A stretch of 64,000 bases of DNA from positions 96,001 through 160,000 of the IMG/VR virus record IMGVR_UViG_3300033145_000192. One strand, 5' to 3'. Both the position numbers and the translations under genes were made by a program. Below are positions 39,513 through 48,714 of this stretch, piece after piece; the first letter of the stretch is position 1; every line of letters begins with the position of its first letter. This stretch comes from a virus. The notes beneath the pieces were generated by a model. The model did not search any database, had not been told where the DNA came from, and saw only the letters and a list, made by a program, of their open reading frames with translations.

Positions 39513-39897
39513 TGTCCGGTTTCTCTGGAATCAAGTCTGTTCCACTGTTATCATCATCTTCAGGGTGATGGTGCCAACCAAGACCACTGAAATCGTGGTA
39601 ATGGCCACCATCAGCCAGGACCATACCCTCAAGGTTGCCATGGACGTGCTCGCCCTCTGGATTTATGAACGTATGACGATGCTCACCATCAATAGTGTCA
39701 TCTATGTTATGCCTGTGCTTGCCAGTGGCATTATCTTCATCATGGATGTGATACCCAGGACTAGAGAAGTCCTTTTCGGCGTTCCACTGTTTTTCTAGGA
39801 GTGCCTCTTCTTCAGGCAATAGGGCTCTAGTATATCTCCTAGTGATGTCGGCAAATGCCTCACTTAGTAGTTTTTTTTCTTGCTTGCTTAGTGCCAT
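39502..39897 (-). CDS. His-rich (GxHxH repeat) protein
   Basis: HIH, GKHRH, GEHRH, GEHVH, GGHYH and GWHHH repeats. Start 39897 follows AGGAG. Confidence 0.65.
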   Translation of the reverse strand: MALSKQEKKLLSEAFADITRRYTRALLPEEEALLEKQWNAEKDFSSPGYHIHDEDNATGKHRHNIDDTIDGEHRHTFINPEGEHVHGNLEGMVLADGGHYHDFSGLGWHHHPEDDDNSGTDLIPEKPDSVL

Positions 39898-40297
39898 CGT
39901 TTTTTCTCCTGGTCGTTTTATTCTTACTGCCCTTTGGTCGGCCCCTCTTCTTCTTAGGAGTCTCACCAGTGTCCTTAATTACACCAGCAGTAGGATTGTC
40001 TAGTGGAGTTTTCGCCACGGGCTTGGGCTTATGAATCAGCTTCTTCACATCGGTAGATGCGTTTACTACTGGCTTGCCTTCCTTCGGGCTAATGTTCCGT
40101 CTCTTTGGCACACCTGGCTGAAAATTGAGACTTCTCGCCATCTTTGGCTTATTGACCCTGAAATTGTCTACCTTTGCAGGAGGGATGGGCTTTCCATCCT
40201 CATCTACATCAGCTAGCCTAGAAAGTTCTTCCCGAGCCCTACGTCTTTCAAAATACTTCTTGCTCAAGTCCTCGTAAATGTCCTTACCCTTTGGCAT
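39860..40297 (-). CDS. Basic Lys/Pro-rich protein with an AT-hook
   Basis: TPKKKRGRPKGSKNK near the C-terminus; highly basic. Confidence 0.7.
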   Translation of the reverse strand: MPKGKDIYEDLSKKYFERRRAREELSRLADVDEDGKPIPPAKVDNFRVNKPKMARSLNFQPGVPKRRNISPKEGKPVVNASTDVKKLIHKPKPVAKTPLDNPTAGVIKDTGETPKKKRGRPKGSKNKTTRRKNDGTKQARKKTTK

Positions 40298-40307
40298 TGT
40301 CCTCTCC

Positions 40308-40317
40308 TTTATACACC
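40308..40317 (-). promoter_or_regulatory. Candidate late promoter motif GGTGTATAAA
   Basis: RGTGTATRW copy at the portal stop, upstream of the AT-hook gene. Confidence 0.55.
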
Positions 40318-42531
40318 TATCCGATAACTCGCAATAGCCGTAGCCATAGCCAGCTTCTTGTCCTTCAATGTTGGTCTAGATTTCTCAGCAATGACTTCCG
40401 CATAGCGACTAAAGATAATAGGATGATATCCCCTAGTCGATTCATTAGCAAGAACTTCTAGAACTCTCTCAGTAGTTATCTCGTCTTCTAGGTATGAAGC
40501 AACGCCGAATGCAATGCGCTCGATACCTGTTCTATCGGTCTTTGTCAAAGACTTCTTGTATTTCTTCCCCGTGGTCTTCAATATCATCTTGGTGACGATA
40601 TCGTAAACCTCTTCTACTCTGTCCAGTTCATTCGCCTTGGTTGTCTCCCAATCAAGCAGCCATCCCATGCCCTTCGGCTTGGTTTCTCTTGGCTTTTGTT
40701 TGATGTCGGTAGTTCCACCTGGTCTTCCAACTGGTGGCCTATTTCTATTCTGAGGCTTGCCTGGCTTATTCAGCGTAGGCATGCCTTCCTGCTCTTCCTC
40801 GTATTGTTCTGATAGAGGGTCAGTGAATGGGCCGTGCTTGATAAGCAATTCAGACTTCTCCCTAATTGCCTTCTCATCACGCATACGCTCAAGCTCAATC
40901 TCAAAGTCCTCACCAAATGCCTCAAGGACTGCCTCAATGGAGATGATGTTTCTGTCTAGCAGACCCATAATGAGTTGCTTCTCAGCCTTCTCGTCACGTA
41001 GCGACATTCTTCCGAACTTAACCTTCGGAACGTCCCTATGGCCCATCGTATCGGCAATCATCTTCAACTGGCTGTTAATCCAGCGTGTGACGGTTTGGCG
41101 ACCTTCCTCAAGACGCTCAAGCAAAGTTCGCACACCAAGGAAGCCTGTGCTAAAGCTAGCTCCAGTAGTTCCTCCTAGGAGAGTATCTGGGACGCCGAGG
41201 CCACGAAGAATGTCTCTATCAACTGCCTCATACTTGGCAACATTCAGGATTCTATCTACTGGTGGGTAGCTACTCTCAATAGAGATGGCATCATTCCATA
41301 CCATGTTCATTGCGGCACTTGGAGTTCTCAAGAACTCAGCGAATGCTCTAAAATGCTCCTCTGGTGGAATAAAACCGTTCTTGAAGTCGCCAATCTTGAA
41401 AATAGTGACTGCGTTAATTACGCTATCACATACGCTCATATCCATCTGGCGCAGTCTGTTCTTGTAGTAGATATCAGACATTACTGGCCATAGAAGTGGG
41501 TCAGCCCAATCCTCGTGGTCGTCCTTCATATAGTGGAGTGTCCACAGCTTTGCTGGGTCAACATCTACTATTAGTGGGTTCTTCCCCTTCTTTGATAGCT
41601 TCTTAAACTCGGGTGGTAGATTGATTTCGGTTTTGTCTAGGAAGTCGATTTCGTGCGTTGAGTTATACTGCCCAGTGTCGATATCGTTTGCTGTCAATGG
41701 GTCTAGGATAAAGACCCACTTTGACTCTCCGAAATACTTGGTGCCACGAAGGTCCATCTGGAATGGGTTGAGCATAGTATAGCGCCATGGAATTTGCTTA
41801 TCGCCAGGCTTCTTTCCAGATTGGTCGTCAACGTGCTGATTCTTGTCGTCTTCCGCCGGGTCATTTACATCACCACGGACTTCAACAAATCCCTTCAGTG
41901 ATTTTGTTCCCTTTGCTCTCTTCATCTTATTGTAGGCTGATTCGTTGATTGTGCCATGTGTTGTGTAGATGAATACGTTGGCATACTTGTAGTAGTATCG
42001 AAGGATATCCTTTACTCTACCTGCAAGGTCTACGTGCTCGGCCCATCTTTTGTAGAACTTCTCAACGGCCTTGCTTGGGTGCTTGATGGTTAGTCCTTCT
42101 GAAGCGAAGTTAGCCATCAGGTCAATTACGTTCTTAGCTACGCCAAATCCCTTATATGCTTCAACACATAGACCCATCTTGTAGTGGGCCATTCTGGCTC
42201 TAGAACTGAACGCGCTCATGCTCCCTTGGATTCGGCTATTACTGCCAGACAATCCACTGAACTGACTACCTCCACCAAACATGCCGTTAAAGTTCTGTGG
42301 CATCAACCAAGAAAGTGGCCAATTTTGCAGACCATCCATTCCGAAGTTCTGTCCGGTGTCTCCACCTATGTTGACGCCACGCCTTTGAATGTTTGCAGCA
42401 TCGGCCCTAAACGCATCTACAGTTTCTCTATTGGCCTTAATGGCACCAGAAAGCGAACCCTCCAACTGTTTCAAAACAGATGGGCTCAAGCCTATAGTAT
42501 TGATGCCTAGTTCTACTCTGTTATCTGACAC
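40309..42531 (-). CDS. Portal protein
   Basis: 740 aa directly after TerL. Helical core (VAKNVIDLMANF, DILRGLGVPDTLLGG, GLLDRNIISIE) and a charged disordered tail. Confidence 0.8.
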   Translation of the reverse strand: MSDNRVELGINTIGLSPSVLKQLEGSLSGAIKANRETVDAFRADAANIQRRGVNIGGDTGQNFGMDGLQNWPLSWLMPQNFNGMFGGGSQFSGLSGSNSRIQGSMSAFSSRARMAHYKMGLCVEAYKGFGVAKNVIDLMANFASEGLTIKHPSKAVEKFYKRWAEHVDLAGRVKDILRYYYKYANVFIYTTHGTINESAYNKMKRAKGTKSLKGFVEVRGDVNDPAEDDKNQHVDDQSGKKPGDKQIPWRYTMLNPFQMDLRGTKYFGESKWVFILDPLTANDIDTGQYNSTHEIDFLDKTEINLPPEFKKLSKKGKNPLIVDVDPAKLWTLHYMKDDHEDWADPLLWPVMSDIYYKNRLRQMDMSVCDSVINAVTIFKIGDFKNGFIPPEEHFRAFAEFLRTPSAAMNMVWNDAISIESSYPPVDRILNVAKYEAVDRDILRGLGVPDTLLGGTTGASFSTGFLGVRTLLERLEEGRQTVTRWINSQLKMIADTMGHRDVPKVKFGRMSLRDEKAEKQLIMGLLDRNIISIEAVLEAFGEDFEIELERMRDEKAIREKSELLIKHGPFTDPLSEQYEEEQEGMPTLNKPGKPQNRNRPPVGRPGGTTDIKQKPRETKPKGMGWLLDWETTKANELDRVEEVYDIVTKMILKTTGKKYKKSLTKTDRTGIERIAFGVASYLEDEITTERVLEVLANESTRGYHPIIFSRYAEVIAEKSRPTLKDKKLAMATAIASYRIGV

Positions 42532-42572
42532 ATCTCACCTCACGATTGGATTGCAACTGCATTACTAATCCT

Positions 42573-42582
42573 ATCATACACC
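42573..42582 (-). promoter_or_regulatory. Candidate late promoter motif GGTGTATGAT
   Basis: RGTGTATRW copy upstream of the portal gene. Confidence 0.6.
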
Positions 42583-44370
42583 CTAGAGCCTAGAAGCCCA
42601 ACCACCAATATTGGGAACTACCTGTCTGGCCCCCATTGCGGTAAATGACCTCGCGGCATAAGAGGAAAGAAGCATTGCAGAATACCTGTCCTTCCTTTGA
42701 TATGTCTTGAGTGTCCCTTGCTGTGCAGAAGGCAAATCGGGCGTATCAAAGTGCTGAACGCCAGTCTTTGTTGAAGTTACGACAATCATGCACATCTCAT
42801 TGATTTGCTCATCAATCTCACTCCATACATCTTCATGTTCCGCCTCAGAGAGTCCATCTCTTGAACGATTCGGGAACAAGCACCTGTGGTGTTCGATATC
42901 TGCTAGAAGTCCATAGTTCGCTTCGCCAATCCATGTTGGAGTAAAGTTGACCATTTCAAGAATATGGCGACCTTCATATCTCGCGGACTCGTCATCATCA
43001 AAGCGCCAAATCGGGGCCTCTCCAGGCTGTAGCATATTTGGGTCGCACAGCAAATCCTCAATCGTTGTTCCTCCACCACCAGCATCCATCGCGATGTGGA
43101 CGATGTTGAACTTGCTTAAAACGCTCCTTACTCTCCTGGTAGCCTCTGGCCACCTTTTACCGTTCATGCTTTCGCAATATACATTTCTGTAGGAACCGTC
43201 TTTCATCATCTTCACAACGCTAATTGCGAAGTTGTCGGTCTTACGAGCAGGGTCAATTCCCATAACGTAGTTGAATCCTGGGGTTCCCTTTGTCTCAATG
43301 CAGAATCCAGGCTTTGGTGTAGAGTCGTTAATTGCGCTACGTCTTATGAAGCCATCTGAGTCTGTAGGGAAGACACATTCATATTCCATTTGGAACAGGG
43401 CCTTTGGCATTGTTAGCTTGGCCTGTGCAATTTGTTTCTCATCCATGAACGAGCGAGGAAGTGCTTGGTATGGGATTTGGATTATAGCATAGTCTCGATA
43501 ATCAAGCGCACCATCCATAAGTGGGTCATCTTCTTCGAAATCGAGGTCTTTGCCTATTACCTTGCCATCTCCAATTATCTTGTTATCTATGAGATACTTG
43601 TGAGCTAGGTAAACCTTGTAGAAGTGGTTGAACTGAAAATTGGCAGTTCCACTGTAGACAATTTGGTTGCCTTCAGTTTGCTGTCTATCCTTCTCCTCCA
43701 TCCTGCCTTCTCTAATTGCCACCTCTTCCTTGTGGGTCTGCTTTGCTGCTTCAATGGGGTTTGCAGCTACAGCGGCGAAACCTCTAACAACGACCTGGAA
43801 GATTTCTGGTGGGATGGATGCAAACTCGTCCGTAAGGATATGCGTTGCACGAATACCACGGATTTTCTCACCATTGCCTAGCGGCAAGGCTTGGATTGTT
43901 GAATAGCCACAAGTCAACTTACGAGAATCACTTGGCTTCTCTGGGGCTCTTGAACAAGCTGCCCTGAAAATTGGTGAGTAGTTGTAAAGCTGCTCAATGT
44001 ATTCAAAGACCAATTTCGACTGCCTGAACGAAGCGGCCACAATCACAATCTTCGACCCAGGCGTCAGCATGGCGCGTAAAACCGCGTAGACCGCTAGCAT
44101 AAACGTCTTGCCACCACCACGGGTCATCAGTAGGATAGGGAAGGTCTTGCCCCACAGCGTTTCTAAAATTACGCTCTGGAATGGAGCTAGCTGGAGCGGC
44201 TGGCCACGCCACATTAGTAGATGGTAGGCAGCCCACGTCAGGTTCTCCAAACAAATGGCAGCGAACTCATCATATGGGTCAGAGTATTTACCAAGATTCT
44301 CATAGAACGGATTTGTGAGTCTTGTTCCTTTTTCTATTTCATATGTGATTGGGAGTCTAATGCTTTTCAT
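42583..44370 (-). CDS. terL: Terminase large subunit
   Basis: Q motif PFQ, Walker A TRGGGKT, Walker B ILTDEF, coupling motif SGTA, RNase H-like MGIDPA and KDRYSA. Confidence 0.93.
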   Translation of the reverse strand: MKSIRLPITYEIEKGTRLTNPFYENLGKYSDPYDEFAAICLENLTWAAYHLLMWRGQPLQLAPFQSVILETLWGKTFPILLMTRGGGKTFMLAVYAVLRAMLTPGSKIVIVAASFRQSKLVFEYIEQLYNYSPIFRAACSRAPEKPSDSRKLTCGYSTIQALPLGNGEKIRGIRATHILTDEFASIPPEIFQVVVRGFAAVAANPIEAAKQTHKEEVAIREGRMEEKDRQQTEGNQIVYSGTANFQFNHFYKVYLAHKYLIDNKIIGDGKVIGKDLDFEEDDPLMDGALDYRDYAIIQIPYQALPRSFMDEKQIAQAKLTMPKALFQMEYECVFPTDSDGFIRRSAINDSTPKPGFCIETKGTPGFNYVMGIDPARKTDNFAISVVKMMKDGSYRNVYCESMNGKRWPEATRRVRSVLSKFNIVHIAMDAGGGGTTIEDLLCDPNMLQPGEAPIWRFDDDESARYEGRHILEMVNFTPTWIGEANYGLLADIEHHRCLFPNRSRDGLSEAEHEDVWSEIDEQINEMCMIVVTSTKTGVQHFDTPDLPSAQQGTLKTYQRKDRYSAMLLSSYAARSFTAMGARQVVPNIGGWASRL

Positions 44371-44858
44371 AACAACTTGTCTGTATGATATTTGAACATC
44401 TTCGACATAAGCCTTCTGACGTATGCCCTGGCTCTATCTTGCCTTCCGGCAAAGACTACATGAAGATTGTGTTTTACTTGTAGTGAAATAAGCTTCGCAT
44501 GCACATTGTTCACTGGAACCTGTGAATAGCTGTATCCTCTATCGACATCTGCGAGTGACCCTTCGATTACAAGGAACTTAATCCTGTGGTCCTTGGCTCT
44601 CTCCATCTCTCGCAAGAACCGCTGATAATTCTTCTGTGGTCCAAGCGTGCCCCACAGGTCACCTATGGTCTTACGCTCAATCATCAGGATATCTTCCATG
44701 CCCTCGACTGTATAGTCTCCAACATCGAGCTTCTTAACCTTCTGGCCATAGCAATTCGCTGAAGCCCTAAAGTTCCAGCCCTTGCCCTTCTGCTCTCGGG
44801 TGTCTCTGATAATCCTGAATTTCTTCGGCGGCACGAAGCCTTCTTTTACAGTCGCCAT
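44367..44858 (-). CDS. Stand-alone ERCC4 (XPF/Mus81-type) nuclease
   Basis: IIRDTREQ, LDVGDY, IERKTIGD (ERKxxxD) and LVIEG. Confidence 0.8.
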   Translation of the reverse strand: MATVKEGFVPPKKFRIIRDTREQKGKGWNFRASANCYGQKVKKLDVGDYTVEGMEDILMIERKTIGDLWGTLGPQKNYQRFLREMERAKDHRIKFLVIEGSLADVDRGYSYSQVPVNNVHAKLISLQVKHNLHVVFAGRQDRARAYVRRLMSKMFKYHTDKLL

Positions 44859-44903
44859 AACTGAACCTACCCTTCTTGTTTCCTAACCATCTAGCTTGAC
44901 ACT

Positions 44904-45083
44904 CTAGAATCGTGCCCTTCCGTCTGGACTTTTTCCTTCTAAAATGCGGCATATCTCACGCTTCCCTTGCGCTCTGCGGCGCTTCGATGTAAGTCGTTTG
45001 GTCCCATGACGCTTTCTAACGTGGCCCGCCCATTCGCCATTCAAATAGGAATTCAGCTTACTACCAACGTCAATTCGCGACAT
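44904..45083 (-). CDS. Small basic protein (59 aa), below the ORF-track cutoff
   Basis: MSRIDVGSKLNSYLNGEWAGHVRKRHGTKRLTSKRRRAQGKREI...; AGGGG RBS; start follows the upstream TAA directly. Confidence 0.55.
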   Translation of the reverse strand: MSRIDVGSKLNSYLNGEWAGHVRKRHGTKRLTSKRRRAQGKREICRILEGKSPDGRARF

Positions 45084-45084
45084 A

Positions 45085-45837
45085 TTATTCCCCTAGTAGA
45101 AAATCCATCTTACTCATATCGGCTTTGCACTTATTAGTGAAGTAACTCATCATGCCCGCTGTATTTCCAGCCTTGTTTCTATTTCTCGCATCAAGTAGCG
45201 AAGACACCATTCCTGTAATAGTTATCTTCTCTTCCCTATTGGCCTTGAGTCTTTGTTCTCTGGTAAGGTTCATGTCTTTGTGGTATTTAGCGTAGCGGCC
45301 CTCGGCATCATTTAGGTCTTTGTATAGATACTGAGGAGGTGGACGCTTGTCCTCATCATCACTTCCCCTGTATGCAGTTACGGCCTCAGCTATCTGTTCT
45401 TGAATTCGAAGAATTTGAATCTCCGTCATGAGCATGTTATGCAAAATTTCTTCTTCTTGCAATGTTATGCTATCGACATTGTCCAAGAACTCGATGTATT
45501 TGTGCTTATAGTATGGAAGCTCATCGTCAATTAGAATCTTTAGCAAGAACGGATACCTGTGGTTCTTGTCGAACTGACTCTTGTAGAAGGCAATTCTATC
45601 GTCCTTTGATAGTGTTGCGAGCGAATACTCTGTTGGATTGGCAATTACTGCGGCCTTCTGGGTTTTCTTTGCTGGCCTACCAGCCCTCTTTGAAAGTCCC
45701 AGAGCTTTACGTCTGCGAGCTACAGACTCAGTCGTTCTACCAATCTCTTTGGCTATTTGTTCATCAGTGGTAGTCTGCCACTTATCACGGATTATTTGGT
45801 CTTCCCAGCCCTTGAAGTGGTGTTTCTTCTTCGACAT
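45085..45837 (-). CDS. Terminase small subunit candidate (N-terminal HTH)
   Basis: HTH-like TDEQIAKEIGRTTESVARRRKALGL plus coiled coil; upstream of TerL. Confidence 0.5.
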   Translation of the reverse strand: MSKKKHHFKGWEDQIIRDKWQTTTDEQIAKEIGRTTESVARRRKALGLSKRAGRPAKKTQKAAVIANPTEYSLATLSKDDRIAFYKSQFDKNHRYPFLLKILIDDELPYYKHKYIEFLDNVDSITLQEEEILHNMLMTEIQILRIQEQIAEAVTAYRGSDDEDKRPPPQYLYKDLNDAEGRYAKYHKDMNLTREQRLKANREEKITITGMVSSLLDARNRNKAGNTAGMMSYFTNKCKADMSKMDFLLGE

Positions 45838-45919
45838 GTCTCACTATCTCCTATCAACCTACCTGTTACCTTCTCATTGTAGCAGAAGTATCGGATGTTT
45901 CTACCTGCTACTACACCAC

Positions 45920-45957
45920 AAAAAAAAGGACGCATGCCACAAAATGACAGCGTCCTT
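45920..45957 (-). terminator. Intrinsic terminator
   Basis: AAGGACGC...GCGTCC stem followed by T8. Confidence 0.75.
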
Positions 45958-45980
45958 AATTGTTTGGTAAAGTTGTTTGA

Positions 45981-46616
45981 TTAGGCGGGAAACCTCACTC
46001 TTCTCTTATCTATGCAATCCATCAATTTGGCCATGTCACAATGCAGAAATCTTGCAATCCTGCCAAATTCGCCCACGTCCTTGTCTATCAGTTTTTCGAA
46101 GCAAACTCTTAGGTGAGGATGTCTAGGAAGTATGCCTTCTCTCTCAAGCAAGACCTTGTCCTGTAGGAAGAGTCTATGGTTGCACATTTCCGCTGTTTTC
46201 TTATCAAGCTCCTCTTGCGTAAATGGAGGGACATCAGCACGTCTAAGAACTTGTCCTGCCACATTTCTACTACAGATACTTTTTCTTCTATTGGCTCTTA
46301 TCCTGTCTGGTGCAAGAATCTTGACATCAAACTTTTCAGCCAAGAGAGGTATCCAGTCGTAAAATCCAATAACCTTGGCACAACTCATCCCCTCTTCTTT
46401 AATAACTCTCCAAGCATGCTCAACATTGCCTGGAAGTTTTCCAAACAAAGGATGCTCATTCCTCCCAGCCCTTTTGTCAAGCGGTTGTCTGTGGCATCTT
46501 CCTGCACAATATCCAGCAGCTTGAGCTATATCCATGCATAGGCTGGTGCCAGTTCTTGGAGCACCATATACTACGATGAACGTCTCGACCTCACGTCTGC
46601 TCTGTAAATCGTCCAT
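45981..46616 (-). CDS. Sulfotransferase-like P-loop protein
   Basis: VYGAPRTGTSL 5'-PSB-type loop and C-terminal LRVCFEKLI...RIARFL typical of sulfotransferase family 3. Confidence 0.62.
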   Translation of the reverse strand: MDDLQSRREVETFIVVYGAPRTGTSLCMDIAQAAGYCAGRCHRQPLDKRAGRNEHPLFGKLPGNVEHAWRVIKEEGMSCAKVIGFYDWIPLLAEKFDVKILAPDRIRANRRKSICSRNVAGQVLRRADVPPFTQEELDKKTAEMCNHRLFLQDKVLLEREGILPRHPHLRVCFEKLIDKDVGEFGRIARFLHCDMAKLMDCIDKRRVRFPA

Positions 46617-46984
46617 GGCTCTCCTGGGTCTTTGCAGTATCTCGTTATGCTGCTTTTGTCTGACCCAAGCTCATGAATCATTGCCAGTCCACCTTGAGCA
46701 TATCCAACACATATGCATGCTCCACTGGTAGCTCCAGTAGACCATATCTTTTTCTTTTGGATGTAGCCTTCTTGGTTTTTTGGCAGCTTGACTTCTAGCC
46801 CACCTATTTGGACGCGCAGTTGAGTAATCGAGAGGTCGTTTTCCTCAAGATACTCACTCAAACGCTGCCAGGTGGGCCTATCTTTTCTTGAGTCTTCGAA
46901 GATTGTTTCTCCGTTAGACAATGAAGCAATCCACCGATTTTTCGGCACGAACTTATCCGCACTTCTAGAAAGTGCAATCTCCAT
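46571..46984 (-). CDS. Hypothetical protein
   Basis: 137 aa with a GAAGGTG RBS. Confidence 0.6.
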   Translation of the reverse strand: MEIALSRSADKFVPKNRWIASLSNGETIFEDSRKDRPTWQRLSEYLEENDLSITQLRVQIGGLEVKLPKNQEGYIQKKKIWSTGATSGACICVGYAQGGLAMIHELGSDKSSITRYCKDPGEPWTIYRADVRSRRSS

Positions 46985-46998
46985 ATATCACCTTCGGC

Positions 46999-47595
46999 TT
47001 ATAGGAATTCAGTCTCAAAATAGAAGCCAATGTTGGTCTTCTCACCAATGCTCGTTGGTGTTGCGGACAAAGCGATGAAGAAGTCGTGCGTGGTAAAGTC
47101 CGCTGTAATCTGGTCGTAAAGACTAAGCGTCGAACCTGAACCGGCAATTGTTGACCAGTTCGTATTACCAGAACCTCTATCGCCCGTAAGGAACTTGCGA
47201 ACCTCGGCTGCCCTAATTGTCACGCCACTTGGGTTGTTGTCAATATCCACACGGTCGAACGCTCTTAGCGATGCATTCTGCGTCTGGATGGCGTTGTCAG
47301 TTACCAACGTAATCTTGAGCGTTGTCTCGTCGTTGTCAACTTCCCTAAGCTCAGTAGCCGTTAGCTCACCGGCAACATAAGCGCCGGATACATTGGCATA
47401 ACGCAAGTTAGGTAGCGCACCACCATTTGACGTTCCATTCTGATTTGTTCTGAATGAAGTGTTGTTGTATTCCCCAACTCGAATCGAGAATCCGAAGTTC
47501 GAGCCGAAGAATCCTAGAGTGTTAAGTCCACCAGAAGCGGCTGGTAGAATTTCTGGGCTGCCGTCTCCAGCATACCATCTAATTGTAGTTGCCAT
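46999..47595 (-). CDS. Putative virion structural protein
   Basis: 198 aa, Gly/Thr/Asn/Ser-rich beta composition, ending in aromatic YFETEFL. Confidence 0.5.
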   Translation of the reverse strand: MATTIRWYAGDGSPEILPAASGGLNTLGFFGSNFGFSIRVGEYNNTSFRTNQNGTSNGGALPNLRYANVSGAYVAGELTATELREVDNDETTLKITLVTDNAIQTQNASLRAFDRVDIDNNPSGVTIRAAEVRKFLTGDRGSGNTNWSTIAGSGSTLSLYDQITADFTTHDFFIALSATPTSIGEKTNIGFYFETEFL

Positions 47596-47685
47596 TGTTA
47601 CCTCTCTGTGTCAATGAATTGTCCTATGACAGATTATCGCCACTCAACGCTATGAAGGTTAACAACCCAGCAATACATCAAGTAA

Positions 47686-48363
47686 TTAAGCCAGCAGCTT
47701 TTTAACAAACGACTGGATTTTCCTTTTGTCCTTCTTAGGGACCTTTTTTCCTTGGCCTTTCAGCATCTTGCACAATGATTCCTTCAGGTCTGGAGATATC
47801 GAGTCAACGACATACTTCTCCAAGTCTTTATACTCCAATTCCTCCTCGAATCGAGCATGTTTTATTGTATCTCCTAGCATATCAATGGGTATGGGATGGA
47901 GAATCCGCAGCTTCCTTTGGAGGTTAGCTTGGAATTTCTGCCACCTGGCATAGTCCTGAGTCTTTTTGAATTCAAGCATCTCGGCAGGAGTCATACCATC
48001 TAAGTTCACACGAACTGGTGGGGACGTGCGTAGATAGTTGTCTCGCTTGAGGTTCTTTAATCCGTTATCGACACATCGCCCAAAGAAATTCTTCCAGCGG
48101 TCAGCCTTGACCCTAGTAGAATCAAAATGTTCGATTGCCTTAAAGCAAATCAGACGTATCTCCTGAGCAATGTCGTCAGGTGCCCAACAGCCAAATGCAT
48201 ATGAATGAGACTTGGTTCTAACAAGATACTCTACGATATCAGTGATATCGCTGTATTCAATCCTTGTCTTTACCGTCTCCGTCTTCAGCATCTCCGGACT
48301 TATCTCCTCCGTCGTCTTGTCCTTCTTGTCCTTCTTCGTATTCACCAATTGTATTTCTCTCAA
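47686..48363 (-). CDS. Phage-encoded sigma70-family (region 2) transcription factor
   Basis: DDIAQEIRLICFKAIEHFD...NFFGRCVDNGLKNLKRD matches the region 2 pattern D..QE.....KA...FD. Start uncertain. Confidence 0.68.
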   Translation of the reverse strand: MREIQLVNTKKDKKDKTTEEISPEMLKTETVKTRIEYSDITDIVEYLVRTKSHSYAFGCWAPDDIAQEIRLICFKAIEHFDSTRVKADRWKNFFGRCVDNGLKNLKRDNYLRTSPPVRVNLDGMTPAEMLEFKKTQDYARWQKFQANLQRKLRILHPIPIDMLGDTIKHARFEEELEYKDLEKYVVDSISPDLKESLCKMLKGQGKKVPKKDKRKIQSFVKKLLA

Positions 48364-48464
48364 TCAGTTCGGCTTCGCTCAATCCTGCGACAGCCTTACG
48401 TTGCACTTTTCTAAGGTCCGGGGACTTTTTAACAGTGACAGACGATTTTACGACAATCTTCTTT

Positions 48465-48704
48465 TCATTCATTTCTTATCCTGTCGGTTTGCTTTTGTGC
48501 TTCTGCTTCAGTGATTTTGACTATTTCGCCACCACATCCAATAGCAACATTCTGTCCGTATTCCGCGCCTTTTCGATATACCGTTCGATACTCGACAAAC
48601 GCACCACAGATGTCTGGACTACCAGCACCCGCAAACATATGACCGCACTTAATGCATCGGAAAAACATCACTTCCTCCATGTTCAACAAACCTTTGTCGT
48701 TCAT
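48465..48704 (-). CDS. Small Zn-ribbon protein
   Basis: CIKCGH...C...CGG. ATG 48704 lies just downstream of the RNR stop. Confidence 0.55.
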   Translation of the reverse strand: MNDKGLLNMEEVMFFRCIKCGHMFAGAGSPDICGAFVEYRTVYRKGAEYGQNVAIGCGGEIVKITEAEAQKQTDRIRNE

Positions 48705-48714
48705 AACAGCTTCC

